Source of the DNA: the human T2T-CHM13v2.0 reference genome, Homo sapiens
Length of the DNA stretch: 64,000 nucleotides
Assembly (NCBI RefSeq): GCF_009914755.1
Contig: NC_060939.1
Strand: one strand, 5' to 3'
Part shown: positions 1 to 14,322 of the stretch, one piece after another
How positions within the stretch are numbered: position 1 is the first letter of the stretch
Layout of the letters: every line of letters begins with the position of its first letter
Notes under the pieces: model-generated
What the model saw: the letters and a program-made list of their open reading frames with translations, nothing else
What the model was told of the DNA's origin: nothing
Database searches by the model: none
Translations under genes and position numbers: made by a program

Positions 1-750
1 TGGTCATAATTTTAACAGTTAAGAGGACATCTTGCCTCTATTGCTCGAGGTGTAAAATAAGGAATTGTAAACCAAGGTGATTAAATATTATAAAGCTATT
101 TTGAAATGTAATGTCAATAAAATCCATAGTATTTTCTGCTTATATTTTGTTTGTAATGTCTTCTTCCCCCTGGAAGAGTTTTTGAAAAAAACAAAAATAT
201 AGTCATTCAATCTGAAAACAAAATTGCAGTGGCTGAGGAAAAATATCAACAAATTTAGTCTCTTGTTGTCCCGGAATTTGTCAGAAGAGCTGATAGAGAC
301 ATCATCTGAGCAGGCATTGAAATCCCTCCCTATCAGCCATCTGCAGTGCAACTGGAGATCAGTAAACCACGAGAGAAGTCTGAATAGCTGAGTAAAACAC
401 AGTCATTGATTTCCAAAGGTGATAACAACAACTGTGAAAGAAGATCTCAAAATTAAATTAGCATTAATGCTTGCATTACTCCTGGGATACTGCTTCTGTT
501 TATCTCAAAAAGAAATGCTATTTCTGGAAAATGGTCACTTACACTTCCTAAATCAGAAGAAAATCTGAGGTTTTGTGATGTCAGAAGAGCTCAGCTTTTA
601 CGATTCTTTGCTTAATTTGTTAGAGCTGTGTCTCTCTCTTTCAAACTGTTTTGCTTTTGTGAAAGTACACTGTGATATTTTAAATAAGAATCTTAGTTTT
701 CATGTTCTTAAAGAGTTGTATAATAAATTATTCTTTTTTTCTTTTCTAAG

Positions 751-782
751 CTGCCTAGGACAGGTACTGCCTAGGACATGTA
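751..782. repeat. 16-bp tandem duplication
   Basis: ctgcctaggacaggta followed by ctgcctaggacatgta. Confidence 0.85.
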
Positions 783-1149
783 CTTCCAGGCTATCAGGAG
801 ACAAGAGAAAATACAAGAGCAAACAAATCAGGGAAGCTTGCTTTCTGCCCAGTTTTAAACACTCGGCCTCCTGTTTAATTCCTGATTCTCACTCTATGCC
901 TCAGTATAATGATGCACCCCCATGACATTGGGTTTCCACAGAATAGAGTGTGTATGCAAAAAATAGACATCTTACCCTAACAGAAGTTCTCTTTGGACCT
1001 CTTATTCAAGGGATGCTCATGTGCAAGAAATCCCTTCTCTGTTGCCCTCCCAGCCTGGGTATGAGCCACACCTTACCCTACCTAGGATTTGTGTCACTCC
1101 TGATTCAAGAGGATAAGGTTGAACTTTCACATCCCTCCCAGATGGGAGG

Positions 1150-1548
1150 TGTTTTCATCCAATTTCTGCTGCTATAACAGAATACCATAGACTGGGTAAC
1201 TTATAGACAAAATAAATTTATTTGGCTCACAGTTCTGGAAACTGGGAAGTCCAAGAGCATGGCACCAGCATCTGGTGAGGGCCCTCTTGCTGCTTCATAA
1301 TATGATGGAAGGGTGGAAAGTGGAAGAGAGCCCTTGGGAGACAGACACCTGGGACTGGACTTGGTTTATAACAATCCACTGTTGAGATAACTATTCCACT
1401 TCCGAGATAATTGACATTAGTCCATTTATGAGTGTTCTGCCCTCATGACCCGGTCACCTCTTATTAGGCCCCACCTGCCAACACTTTTGCATTGTGAAGT
1501 ATATTTTCAACATGTGAGCTTTTGGGGGGACACATTTAAACCACAGCA
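1150..1548 (-). mobile_element. MaLR solo LTR (MSTC/MSTD-like)
   Basis: TG...CA ends; ctataacagaataccatagactgggtaac...ggctcacagttctgg...aaaccacagca; 5-bp TSD ggagg/gaagg. Confidence 0.85.
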
Positions 1549-3699
1549 GAAGGTAATATACCAGTAACATTCACTCATCCTGAACAGAAACTCTTTATGT
1601 CCTTGGGTAAAAACACTTCATAGATACCATCATTTTCAAAACTTGACTCTGCTAATTTAATGCTGCACTTATAAGAGGTTTTAGTAAATGATGTGTCCTT
1701 TTTTAAAGGCCAAACAATCATTTAACAGTGTGGTAAGGCAAACATTTTTATATTGTTCTGAGAAATAGCTGTGTCAGGAAAACAAAAGCTTTTTTTATGG
1801 AAAATCAGCACAATTTATTTTTCATTTTTGAAAATGTACCCAATAGTATATCTATTTAATTCCATCTTGAACATTGCCCAAAAAACAGTAGTGTATCCCT
1901 ACCATGTTCTATATTTTACAAGGAGATTTTACAAAGGAAAACTTTCCACCTCCCTATAAACACATACACCTTTATTTACTTTTATTTGTGGTTTTATTGA
2001 ATACGTCTCAATTCAGAGAACAATGTTTTTGAGCAACTACTAGATAAAAAGACTATGTGTGTGGTTTAAAAATGTAAAGGATGCTGTTATTGCTCTTAAA
2101 TTAGGTATATTTTAAAAGCAGTAATGATTATTTAAGTAACTGAGAATCATCCAGGATAAACTTTTGTGTGTTGAAGTAATAAACGATCTGTAAATATAGT
2201 TGCTCAAAACAACCAGTATTTGTTTCTGGGGAATGCTACCCATCCATCACTTGTTGGCAGGGAGTTCAGATTTTTGGTCACTCAAGCCATCTGGTAGACA
2301 GGGCAGCCACCGTCTCTATATAATGCAACTCATCACTACACACAGGCAGAGTCCTAGAGGGTCCCAAGGAGAAATCGAGTCTTGCATTGGCCCTCCCAAC
2401 CTCTAAGGGGCTACGGAAGAGCAACCCTAGTTATGTGCCTTGGAAATGTTTGATGACCCTTCACACACAGAGAAGAGTGGAATGAGTGACATGTGAGAAG
2501 GCCCATGTAGCAGTGTGGGGTTGGAGCAGAGCTGTGAAGTCCCTGTGGGGAGATGGCCAAGCACCATGAGGACAGGTATCTCGGGGGAGGCTTTGGGTGG
2601 GAAAACTGTCAAGAGGCACTAGTAGTGCTAGGTAAGGGAATAGCCTGAGAGGAAGACACACATTATAGGATTACAGGTCTATGTTTGGCAGTAACTCACA
2701 TTTGGGGGACATTCGAAGCATTGTACACATGAGATTTGTTAAGATATCTTAGGATGAAAGTGTCTAGATCAAAAAAGCAGAAGTGGAAAGATTTGAGGAG
2801 AAAAAAATCATCAATAAAGTAAGAGGTAGGTATCCAGCCTCTTATGGACAGCACAGGCTGTCTTCCTTCATCTTATCATACAAATGCAAGGGCAACACAG
2901 GTGCTGCGGGCTGGTCACGGCATCTCCTCTGGTTGTGAAATTACATTCTTATTAAAATGTGCTCTTAGGGTGGCCTATTCTACACATTTCATTGATTACA
3001 TAATATTTCACATATAGTTGTCTCTCAGAGGTAGGCAGCATAAAATAGCCTAACAGAAGATAAATAATATTACGAGACAAAAATCAGAATTGTGGTCTGT
3101 GAGGCCTTCATAATGAAGGTAAATATTACAAAGGGAAACATTCTGGATTTTAAAACAATAAATGTTGAAAAGCACTGATGCATGCATTTGCATGGGAGGT
3201 AATTGATTAAAATATCCCACTCTGACTTCATGCTGCTTAGAGAGACACTGAGGGCACAGTTGAACCAAGATAGGAAACAAGATTCAGTGCAATGCAGATT
3301 CTTCTGGACCCTGGGGTCTATGCTTGTCAAAATTGATTGATATAATGTAGGAGGTTAAGTGCTTTACTGACATTAATCCCACTTTAAAAAGAGCAGAAGG
3401 AAAAAAAAATACCTCCCTGGATTCCCTAAAAGGACCATTTTAATGATGCTGTGTAATTTTGCAAGGTCCGTTCTTAATATGTGGTGAGCAAAAAAAATTT
3501 GTGCTTCTATTACCAGGGGAAGTCGTGTATTCACAACAAAGGCAATATACTCTGTTCTTTGCTTACCAGAAAGAGAAACAGGCATAAGCTGTGCAAGTTC
3601 CTAGAAGAAAGTTCCATTGCTCAAAGGGCTGCAGAGGGCAGGAATGTGCTCCCTCCATGGAGGCACACCTAGGGAGGGCTCACTGTGGCCCAGGTGCAG

Positions 3700-4500
3700 T
3701 GCAAGTCATGGGAACACCAATATGAAGACGAAACACAACTGCTGACCTCAGAAGGCTTAGGCTAAACATGAATAGCAATTACAGACTGGGAGAAATGCTG
3801 GGAGTGGAACTGAACGATGCACTAAATTGCAAGAAGTGAGAGCCTTTCCGATGGGGAGGACAGGGAGGAGATTCAGGCCAAGACATAGCATCAGCTAGGT
3901 AAGTAGAGTGGAGGGAAGAGACAGGAAAACACTCCAAGTCAAGAGGACAGCTGCAGCAAGGCCCACCTGGAAAACAAACCAGAGGGAATACAAGCTCAGG
4001 AATAGTTTCCATGAGTTTTGCAGAGTGGAAAAAGTGAGCCAGGTATGCTGAGGGGATGCAGAGAGGCAAGAGGGAGGGAGAAAGACAGGAATGGGTGAGG
4101 TGACCCAAACCCAGAGCCTGCAGAGCTGAGGCCAGACCTCCAAGGATGGCGCTGCCAGTGATTCTGGTGCTGGGGTCTCTGACCAGGTGCCATGAGGTTG
4201 GTGCTGGAAGCACCAAACAACAAGCAAGAGGTTGGTCCACTACTGCACACGAAGATTCATGGCCATCCCAGGTCCACATTGGAGAGGGGAGCATTCAAGG
4301 GTAGGTCTGGAGCCAATGGACAACTGTTCACTGACTAGTGAAGTGGTCACAGAGGAAGGATCCGTGGCCAGAATGAGAGGAGACTTGAGATCAGAGAAGA
4401 GGCAAGACAGATCCAGCCATGCCTCACATCCTTAGCCTGGAGTTTGGGTTTAAGCACAAGAGGAAATTGTTGAGGGGCTTTGAACTGAGTAACAGCAATG
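3700..4500 (-). mobile_element. Degraded L2 LINE fragment (resumes near 5090-5160 after MIR/Alu)
   Basis: Purine-rich antisense L2-like blocks such as gagtttgggtttaagcacaagaggaaattgttgaggggctttgaac; boundaries approximate. Confidence 0.45.
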
Positions 4501-4529
4501 GTAATAGAGGTCTTCAGAGTAGCAGCAGC

Positions 4530-5089
<560 letters not shown>

Positions 5090-5239
5090 TAATTATCTAT
5101 GACCAGACTATTTACTAAGTAAATAAAGTACTCAGGCTGCTGAGTGGAAATTCCACTGAGGGATGCAGGCAGGCTAATAGTTATTGCTGAAAATAAGGTA
5201 AGATTAATCCCTTATTGAAATTAAGGAAACACTCCAGTA

Positions 5240-5400
5240 TGGAGTTTGCCAGAATAGGTTTCTCTACAAAAATTGATTCTGTGGTTAAAGACATTGGGAA
5301 AACACTGCCTACCTTCACTTCTCTTAGAAGCTCACAATATACATTAACATGTTAAATCTTCCTGGAAGTCCTACAATAAAGAAATGTGTTTCAACATTAA
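5240..5400. mobile_element. hAT-Charlie-type DNA transposon remnant
   Basis: ttctgtggttaaagacattgggaaaacactgc...cacaatatacattaacatgttaaa...gaagtcctacaataaagaaa resembles old MER-type hAT elements (from memory). Confidence 0.45.
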
Positions 5401-5948
5401 AAATAATTATCATTATTCCCACTGAAGATAAAGATTAAAAATGGCACTAGGCTGCCGTGCAAAGGTCAGCCACAACACAGAAATGATGGTCAAGTTCAAG
5501 TTGAAATAAAGACTCCGCTTCAGTGACACAGACCATCCCCTCTCGTGGGCGAAGTCTTCAGTGTGTGCCAGCAGCTCAGAGTTCGATTAACTGGGGGATG
5601 AGGCAGCAGTCATGCAGGGAAATCTGGAAACATGCCAGCAAGACATCCAGAGTCAGAGGGTAGCCCCTGCACTGAGGGAGTTTCCTTTCATATGGGGGGG
5701 GCAGTTATGAGTACTGCTTATACCTGAAAAACATAAATCCAAGTTCAGGTGCAACCCAGAGACACATGCCATTAAAGCAGTAGATTTTCCAGGACACAAT
5801 GATCTCTCCTTTCACCTAATGAAACATCCACATGTCACATAGTATGTTTATGATACAGAGACCTGCCCTAGTGCTATGGTAGTTGGGAATGGCACACAAT
5901 GAGCTCTGCCTGACTTGGAGCAAGGGACCCAAGTTGGGATCCCTTGGG

Positions 5949-5950
<2 letters not shown>

Positions 5951-5980
<30 letters not shown>
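5951..5980 (+). repeat. Pure A30 homopolymer with no attached SINE/LINE body
   Basis: 30 consecutive A. Confidence 0.95.
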
Positions 5981-5981
<1 letters not shown>

Positions 5982-6943
5982 CCAAGATTTAGGCCTCAAA
6001 GGAAGGAAGGTTAGAACTAACATCAGAACCAATCTCACTAGTCTGGAGATTTACCATAGGGCTTTGGGATCCCTTGCTCCTAGTTGACTTAACTGGCCAT
6101 AAGTAGGCCATGTGCATCTAACCCTGTGTGTGGTTATGTTTGTGTGTGTGTACACATCTGTCAAAGACTGCCCATAACCAGGGTGAGCCAAGAAGACCAT
6201 GTCTGGAGAATGGCCTTATAAAACTTTACAAAATAAAGAAGTATTGGATTGTCTGCTATTTCTGGATTGGTCTGCAGAGTAAAGGAAACACAAATGGTAT
6301 TTGCAACCTTGCAAGAAATACATTTGCTCAGGAGAATTTCAGTCTAATTGTGTAATAAGACCCAGTACAGTTTGAAAGTTTTGATTAAATTTGATAAACC
6401 TACAGGCGGCTGGACTTAATAGTCCTTTGCAGTTTGCTTCCTCCTAATTAAAAACATAATTCTTAAACAGTCACAGTAACATGCTTTTCTGTTAACTCAA
6501 CGTATACTACAGGACTAGGGGAAACAAGAGTACCTGAAGGTTAGCATTTATTAAATCACACGAGGATGATGCATTTAGAGTTTGTAAGTAATGGTAAAAT
6601 ATATTTGGAAAATGTAACTAAATGCAACTTTGATTGGTGACCAGCAATATTTCTGATTACACTAAATAGACTATATTTTTTAGTAATTAAGTGGATATCT
6701 TTTCTTAATTTAATATTTGGCATGAGATCAATGGGGGAAATGAAGATGCCCTTTACCAAATAAATACTTTGTCTACTAAGAGCAGACAATATAAAGAATT
6801 GTTGCAGTTAACATGTCATGTCCAGTACTACTTCAATTGCAGGCCCGAGGTTTAAGAGGAAATAGAGACTTCTGTTTACAATTTGGAGATGTAGAGCACT
6901 GGAAAGAATATAATTCCCACCATATAATAAAAAAGCTGTACAA

Positions 6944-7284
<341 letters not shown>

Positions 7285-9268
7285 AAAAAGCTGTACAAAC
7301 TTCAAATAAATGACTTTTGAAAATTCATTAGAAAGATTTGGTCACAGAGTATACAATGGGCACAAAATCTAAAGAGAGACAGGTACCCTCAGAGAAATAG
7401 AACCTGAATACTTGCTTACCCGGTATAGATACCACTGAACACCACAGAATCTGGTAAAAAGATTGAAGTAAGCATCTTTAACAAATCACTAAAGGCCAAG
7501 TGAGGGCTCATGAGAACATGTGAAGCTTCTATGGGCTGCAGACCCGGGTGAAAGGTGTTGTTACCTCTTGGAGGCCTTTCCTCCAGGAATCCACCAAGTG
7601 CCCACAGCTGGCATCAGGGGAATCTTGAGAAAGCTCAGAGGTGGTACTGGCTGGTGAGTGGGTGGTAGGAGGGAGAAATTGTAGCCAGCCAAGGGACCCA
7701 GGGGAATCTCATCACAGGTGGGATTATAGACTCTGCCAAGACTTGTCTTCCCTAAGGAACAAAAATCTTAATCTGCATGGGAAGGGCATCAAAATATAGC
7801 CTATGGGCACAGACGGACACACCCTGAGACTGCAGGAGAGGACAGAGGAGAAAAGAGAAGTCGTACCCCCACAGAAGGGGCAAGAATATGTGCTAAGACA
7901 GGGTTACATATGGAGGAAGGGCAGGAACACTTACGAAGACCACCCTTTCAAGGTCAGGTTCCCAGTGCCTGCCTGGGACTAAGGATTAACCAGGACAGCA
8001 GAGGAAGCTCCCTTCTGCCACTCACCACCAGGCTAACAAGCAGTGAGGAAAAAATGTCGGTAAAAAACATCTGGGGGATCTGCAAGAGACAGACTCTATC
8101 TGTGGAGAAGTGTAAAGAAACAGCCCAACGCCAAGTGGGGAGACAAGCAGAAGGTAACACTGCAGGAATTTGAAGCGTTCTGGGTGTATTGATGGTAACC
8201 ATGGCAACAACAAACTTCAAATCCATCCTAATTCCTAAAGAGACTGACACAAAAGTCCACACCAAAGATCTAGCAGAAGGAAAATTATGCTCATTTCTGA
8301 GCATAACATGTACATGCCCAGTATTACCATCCTATAAAACGTCAGGCTTCCAACAAAAAAAAATTACACAGTGTACAAAAAGGAAAGAACAAACACGGTC
8401 TGAAGAGACAAAACAATGAGAATAACCAGACTTAGATATGACACATGTATTGGAACTATTAGGCAGGGATTTCAAAAATCACTATGATTAATGTGCTAAT
8501 GAATGTTGTAATGGAATGGAAATTGTAATGGAAGTCCAAATGTAATCCAAATTGTAATGGAACATGCAAAATCAGACAGGTAATTTTAGCAGAGAGACTG
8601 AAACTATAATAAACACAAAAATGCTAGGGATAACAACTAAAACAGTAACAAAATGAAGAGTGCCTCCAATGGACTCATTATCAGATTTAACACAATTGAG
8701 GAAAATCTCAATGAACTTGAAAATAGGTCACACTGAAATGCAAAGAGAAGAAAATAACAAAGAGCAAAATAACAAACATTAGATTTTTGTTAACAAATAA
8801 CAAAAAGCAAAAACAGAACAAGGTATCTAAGAATTGAAGCAAAACATCAAATGGTCAAACATAACCTATATTGGAATCCTAGAAGGAAACGTGAGAAAAG
8901 GATTGAAGAAAGTGAAGCCACAAAACACATGAGGCAAAAACTGATGGAATCGGGGGGAAAGAGGGAGTTCAGTTATAGCTGGAGAAGTTCACTAGCTGCT
9001 TTTCTTAATGGATACAACAACTGGACATAAGCAAGGATATAGATTTGATTAACATTATCAAACAACCTGACATATGTGACAACAATAACACTCCACACAT
9101 CAACAGAATAGACATTCTTCTCTAGCACACATGAGGACAGGCCGTGTGCTCTGCCATAAAACAGACCTCCCTCGGTCAATTTTAAAAGATACAGTACGTA
9201 TTCTTTGTGGGGGCTATAGGCTGTGAAAAGTCACTGACATGAGGCAGATTGATTAATAGGAAAAAAGC

Positions 9269-9909
9269 TGTAAAACAAAAATAAAATTCTAAGCTCCCAT
9301 GACTGACTGATGGACCTTCTTCTTGGCCAAGGGCATTCCAAAGTTAACCTGAAAAATGAGTTCAGGCCATAATGGGAGCAGGGGGTCAGACAGGCCTCAT
9401 CATACCCTGCTCCCTTTGGAATTCAGGCACAGCTGACCAGCATTAACATCAAAACAGAGACCTTAAAACTGATAGAACACACTCTTTGTGTGATAAGAAA
9501 TAGTTAAAATTGATTCTCTCTGAAGCCTGCTACCTGGAGGCTTCATCTGTACAATAAGAAACTTGGTTTCCACAATCCCTTATCTTAACCCAGATGCTCT
9601 CTTCTATTAATTTCAGGTCTCCCACTTAAGACCTGAAATTAATAGAAGAGAGTCTGGGTTAAGATAAGGGATTGAAATAACGCTTTCAACCAATTGCCAA
9701 TCAGAAAATCTTCAAATCCATCCATGACCTGGAAGCCCCTGCTTTCAGTTGTCCCATCTTTCTGGACTGAATCAGTGTTCCATCCTGACCACCTTGGGCA
9801 CATGTTCTCAGGATATCCTGGGGCTGTGTCACATGTCATTGGTCATTCATATTTGGCTCAGAATAAATCTCTTCAAATATTTTGAAGAGTTTGACTCTTT
9901 TCATTGACA
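9269..9909 (+). mobile_element. MER4-family solo LTR (MER4D/E-like)
   Basis: Starts tgtaaaacaaaaataaaattctaag, ends ggctcagaataaatctcttcaaatatttt...ttgaca; perfect 4-bp TSD aagc. Confidence 0.9.
9573..9674. repeat. Near-perfect inverted repeat (46-bp stem, 2-nt bulge, 8-nt loop)
   Basis: 9573-9620 is the reverse complement of 9629-9674 apart from an extra tg. Confidence 0.95.
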
Positions 9910-10660
9910 AAGCATACAAATTTATTTAATGTGTATACATGGGAGCCTTCAGAATGAAGATCCAACCCAACAATAAGATACAGAAGCTTATATACCATCC
10001 TGAGGCCACAGAAAAAACACAGACTCAATGTGTCCAAAATCAGGTTATGCTGGTAACTCAAGTTTAGTGGCAAGACAGATGACAGGAGAGAGAAAGGAAG
10101 AGGTGTGGCTAGCAAGGGGTGTCCTTGTTATGTAGATGAAGCCTCCCTCAGAGAGAATAGATAGTAACTGTTTCCTTTCAGACTTTTAAGGATATCAAAT
10201 TCCATCCTCTCCTGGATTAGAAAGGCATAGAAAGGGGAGGCAGGCTGCATTAATGGAGATTCTCTACAGTTGCAAATTTCTCCCACTTGAGTCTGCTAAT
10301 CCTGAGGCAGTCATTTCAAAATATGTCAAGGAATTATATTTTGGAGTAAAATATTTTGAATTATTTTATCTTCAATCATAATGCAATTAAATTAGCAATC
10401 AGCAACAGAAATAAGAAATCTACAAATATTTGGAGATTAAATAACATACTCTAAATCACGCATAGTTCAAAGAGAAAATCATAAGGGGACTTAGAAACTA
10501 TTTTGAGCTGAATAGAAAGAAAAATACAACTTATCACAATTTATTGGATGCAGTGAAGAAAGAGCTTAGAAAAAAATTTATAGTTGAAAAGACTATATTA
10601 GAAATGATGAATTCTCTCAACTTGATAATCTAAACTTTCACCTTAAGAATTGAGGAGAAA

Positions 10661-10962
10661 GCTGGGCACAGTGGCTCACGCCTGTAATCCCAGCACTTTG
10701 GGAGGCCAAGGCAGGCAGATCACGAGGTCAGGAGATCAAGACCATCCTGGCTAACACGGTGAAACCCCATCTCTACTAAAAATACAAAAAAAAAAATTAG
10801 CTGGACGTGGTGGCGGGTGCCTGTAGTCCCAGCTACTCAGGAGGCTGAGGTAGGAGAATGGCGTGAACCTGGGAGGCGGAGCTTGCAGTGAGCCAAAAGC
10901 ACACCACTGCACTCCAGCCTGGATGACAGAGTGGGACTCTGTCTCAAAAAAAAAAAAAAAAA
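10661..10962 (+). mobile_element. AluY
   Basis: Diagnostic gagatc..accatcctggctaacacggtg and gaatggcgtgaacc; TSD aagaattgaggagaaa. Confidence 0.95.
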
Positions 10963-10998
10963 AAGAATTGAGGAGAAAAGCAAACTAAGTCCATATCA

Positions 10999-11322
<324 letters not shown>

Positions 11323-14079
11323 AAAGGAAAAATACTAAATATTAAAGGAGAAATGAAAAAGAAACCCAGAAAATTAATGAAGTCAATAAATCCAAAAGCT
11401 GATATATTGAGAAGATAAACAACATTAAGAAATCTTTAGCTATTCTGACAAAAAAAAAATTAGGAATAAAGACTCAAATTACCAAAATTAAATATGAATT
11501 AGAGGTCATCACTACTGACCCTGCAGAATTTTAAAATATTGTAAGGGAACACTATGAACAAATTTATGCCACTATATTAGACAACTTAGACAGGTTTGAA
11601 AAACTCCTAGAAAGACACAAGACTGACCAGGAAGAAGTAGAAAATCTGAATAGATCTATGACAAGTGAAGAAATTCAATAAATAATTAAACAGTCTTCCC
11701 ACAAAGAATAGGGCAGGTCCTGATGGTCTAATTAGTAAACTGCAGCAAACACATAAAGAAAAAATAATACCAAACTTTCCCAAAATCATCCAGAAAAATA
11801 AAGGATGAGCACTTCCCAGCTTATTTTATTAGGGCAGCATTATGTTGATACTAAAGCCAGACAAAGAAAACTGCAGACTGATACCTTCATGAACCTAGAC
11901 GCAAAAATCAACAAAATATTAGCAAACCAATTCCAGCAACAAATAAAAAGGATTATAAATATGACAAAGTGGTATTTATCCCAGGAATGCAAGATTGGTT
12001 TAACATGCAAAAATAATTAACATCATACAAAATATTAATATAATAAAAGACAAAATCCACAAAATCATCTCAATAGATGCAGTAAAAGCATTTGACGAAA
12101 TCCAATACCCATTAATGATAAAGGCTCTCAATAAATTAGGATAGAAGAAAACCTCCTTAATCTGATAATGGACATCTAGGAAGAACCTGTAGCTAACATT
12201 ATACTTAATGAAAAAAGCCTGAAGGTTTTTCCAGTAATATCAGAACACGGTAGAGGTGTTCACTCATGCTACTTCTGTTCAAATTGCAGTGAACATTCTA
12301 TCCAGTGCAACCTAGCAAAAATATATTTAAAATGCCACCCCAAATGCAAAAAATAAAAAGAAATACAACTGTCTTTATTAAAAAATGACATTATCCAATA
12401 ATCCTAAAAATTACACACACACACAAACTAATAAATTCAACAAGGTTGCAGGATGCAAGATCAATATACAAAGATTAATTGCATTTCTATACATAAAAAT
12501 AAACAATATGGAAATAAAATCAACAATAAAATTCTAATTACAAAAGCCTCAAAATGACAAAATGCTTAGGAATAAATTTAACAAAAGTACAGTTTTGCTG
12601 AAAGAAATTAAATGCAATCTGAATAAATTAAGAAATGTTCCATGTTCATGGATTGTGAGACTGGATGTTACTAAGTTAATGAGTCTCCCTAAATTTATCT
12701 AAAGATTAAATGTAACCCAATTAAAAGTTAAGTAGACATTGTGTTTATGCATAAAATGGTACAATGATTCAAAAATTAATGTAAAAAAGCAAAGGTCCCA
12801 GAATTGTCAAACAATCTTGGAAAAGAAACAAAGTTGAAGAAGCTTTCCTCCCTGATTTCAAAGTTTACCATAAAGCTACACTAATCAAGACAATGGGATG
12901 CTGGCACATGAATAGATGATAAATTAATGGTGCAGAACTCAGTGTCCAGAAATAAAACTTTTCATTGATGAAAAATTAATTTATGACAGTGGTGCCAATT
13001 TAACGGAGAAAAGGGTAGTCTTCAAAGAATGGTATTGGAACAAGTGAATAGACACATTCGAAGATTTGAACTTAGATTCTGACCTTATACCATACATAAA
13101 AATTAACTCAGACTAGGTCAAAGACTTAAATATAAGTACTAAATGTATAAAAATTTTAGAAGAAGACATAGGAAAAAAGTCATGATCTTGAGCTAAGCAA
13201 AGATTAAGAGAGATTAAGAAAACTATCAAGAAATTTTTGCCTAAAAAATCCATTAAAAAGTGATAAGTTTAATTCATCAACATTTTGTATATTGTGCATA
13301 TTAAAAGTCACCATCAAAAAAGTGAATAAGCAAGAAACAGACTGGGAGAAAATATTTTCCAATCATATATCTACTAAAGAACTTGCATCTAGAGTAGACA
13401 AATAATTTTGCCACTCACTAACAAGAAGCCCACATATTTTATGATTCCACATGTACACAATGTCCAGAAAAGACAAACCAGCAAAGACAGAAAGTAGATT
13501 ATTGGCTGGCTGGGGTGGCGATGAGAAGGCAGAATTCCTACAAATCAGATCAGGGGATCTTCTTGGAGTGATGGACATTTTCTAAAACTGGATTGTGCTG
13601 ATGGTTGCAAAGCTGCAAATTTTCTAAAATGTATTACACATTAAAAATAAATTGCACAGTATATAAATTTTACATCAAAAATTTGTCAAAAAGAAGTAGG
13701 TAAGCATAATAATCTTATATCCATTTTTAAAAATTGAATCTTTAGTTAAAATTCTTACCTCAAATAAATCTTCAGGCTCAGATGGTCTCACTGGTAAAAT
13801 CCGCCAAACATTTAGGGAAAAAAATTATACCAATTCTTCACAGTCACTTTCGAGAAATAGGAGAGAAGGGAATATTCTCTAACTGATTTTATTAGGCTAG
13901 CATTACTCTAATACCAAATCCAAAAACGTTACAAGAAAGACAACTGACCTTATACCATATGTAAATACCCATGTTCCTCACGGACTTAGATACCGTTACA
14001 CAAAATATTAAACAATCAAAGTCATTGATATATAAAAAGGATCTAGACTATATTAGTCAGGGCTCTCCAGAGAAGCAGA

Positions 14080-14083
<4 letters not shown>

Positions 14084-14119
<36 letters not shown>
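14084..14119. repeat. (CA)n microsatellite
   Basis: About 17 AC units. Confidence 0.95.
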
Positions 14120-14121
<2 letters not shown>

Positions 14122-14131
14122 GCACACACGC

Positions 14132-14322
14132 ACAGGTTGGGCAACCTAATCCAGAAATCCAAAATCCAAAACTTTTTGTGTGCCGACATGTTGCTCAAAG
14201 GAAATGCTTGTGGGCACATTTTGGATTAGAAATTCTCAACGGAGGAGCACCAGCAGCACAGTACTTATACAGAAATGCTCAACTGGTAAGTATAATGAAC
14301 ATACTCCAAAATCCAAAAAAAT
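14132..14322. mobile_element. Tigger4a/MER46-like fragment
   Basis: caggttgggcaacctaatccagaaatccaaaatcc ... atgctcaactggtaagtataatg. Confidence 0.75.

Larger units (their letters stand above)
9206..10368 (-). mobile_element. ERV1 solo LTR (LTR49/LTR29-like) inserted in the L1 and split by a MER4 LTR
   Basis: 4-bp TSD tctt (9202-9205, 10369-10372); terminus aaatatgtcaaggaattatattttggagtaaaatattttg; continuous across the MER4 insertion. Confidence 0.7.

Noticed and set aside
3779-4294. 171-aa minus-strand ORF
   Set aside because: Overlaps decayed L2-like sequence; no recognisable homology.
8505-8562. Repeated ttgtaatggaa motifs
   Set aside because: Local slippage within decayed L1 ORF1; no sign of function.
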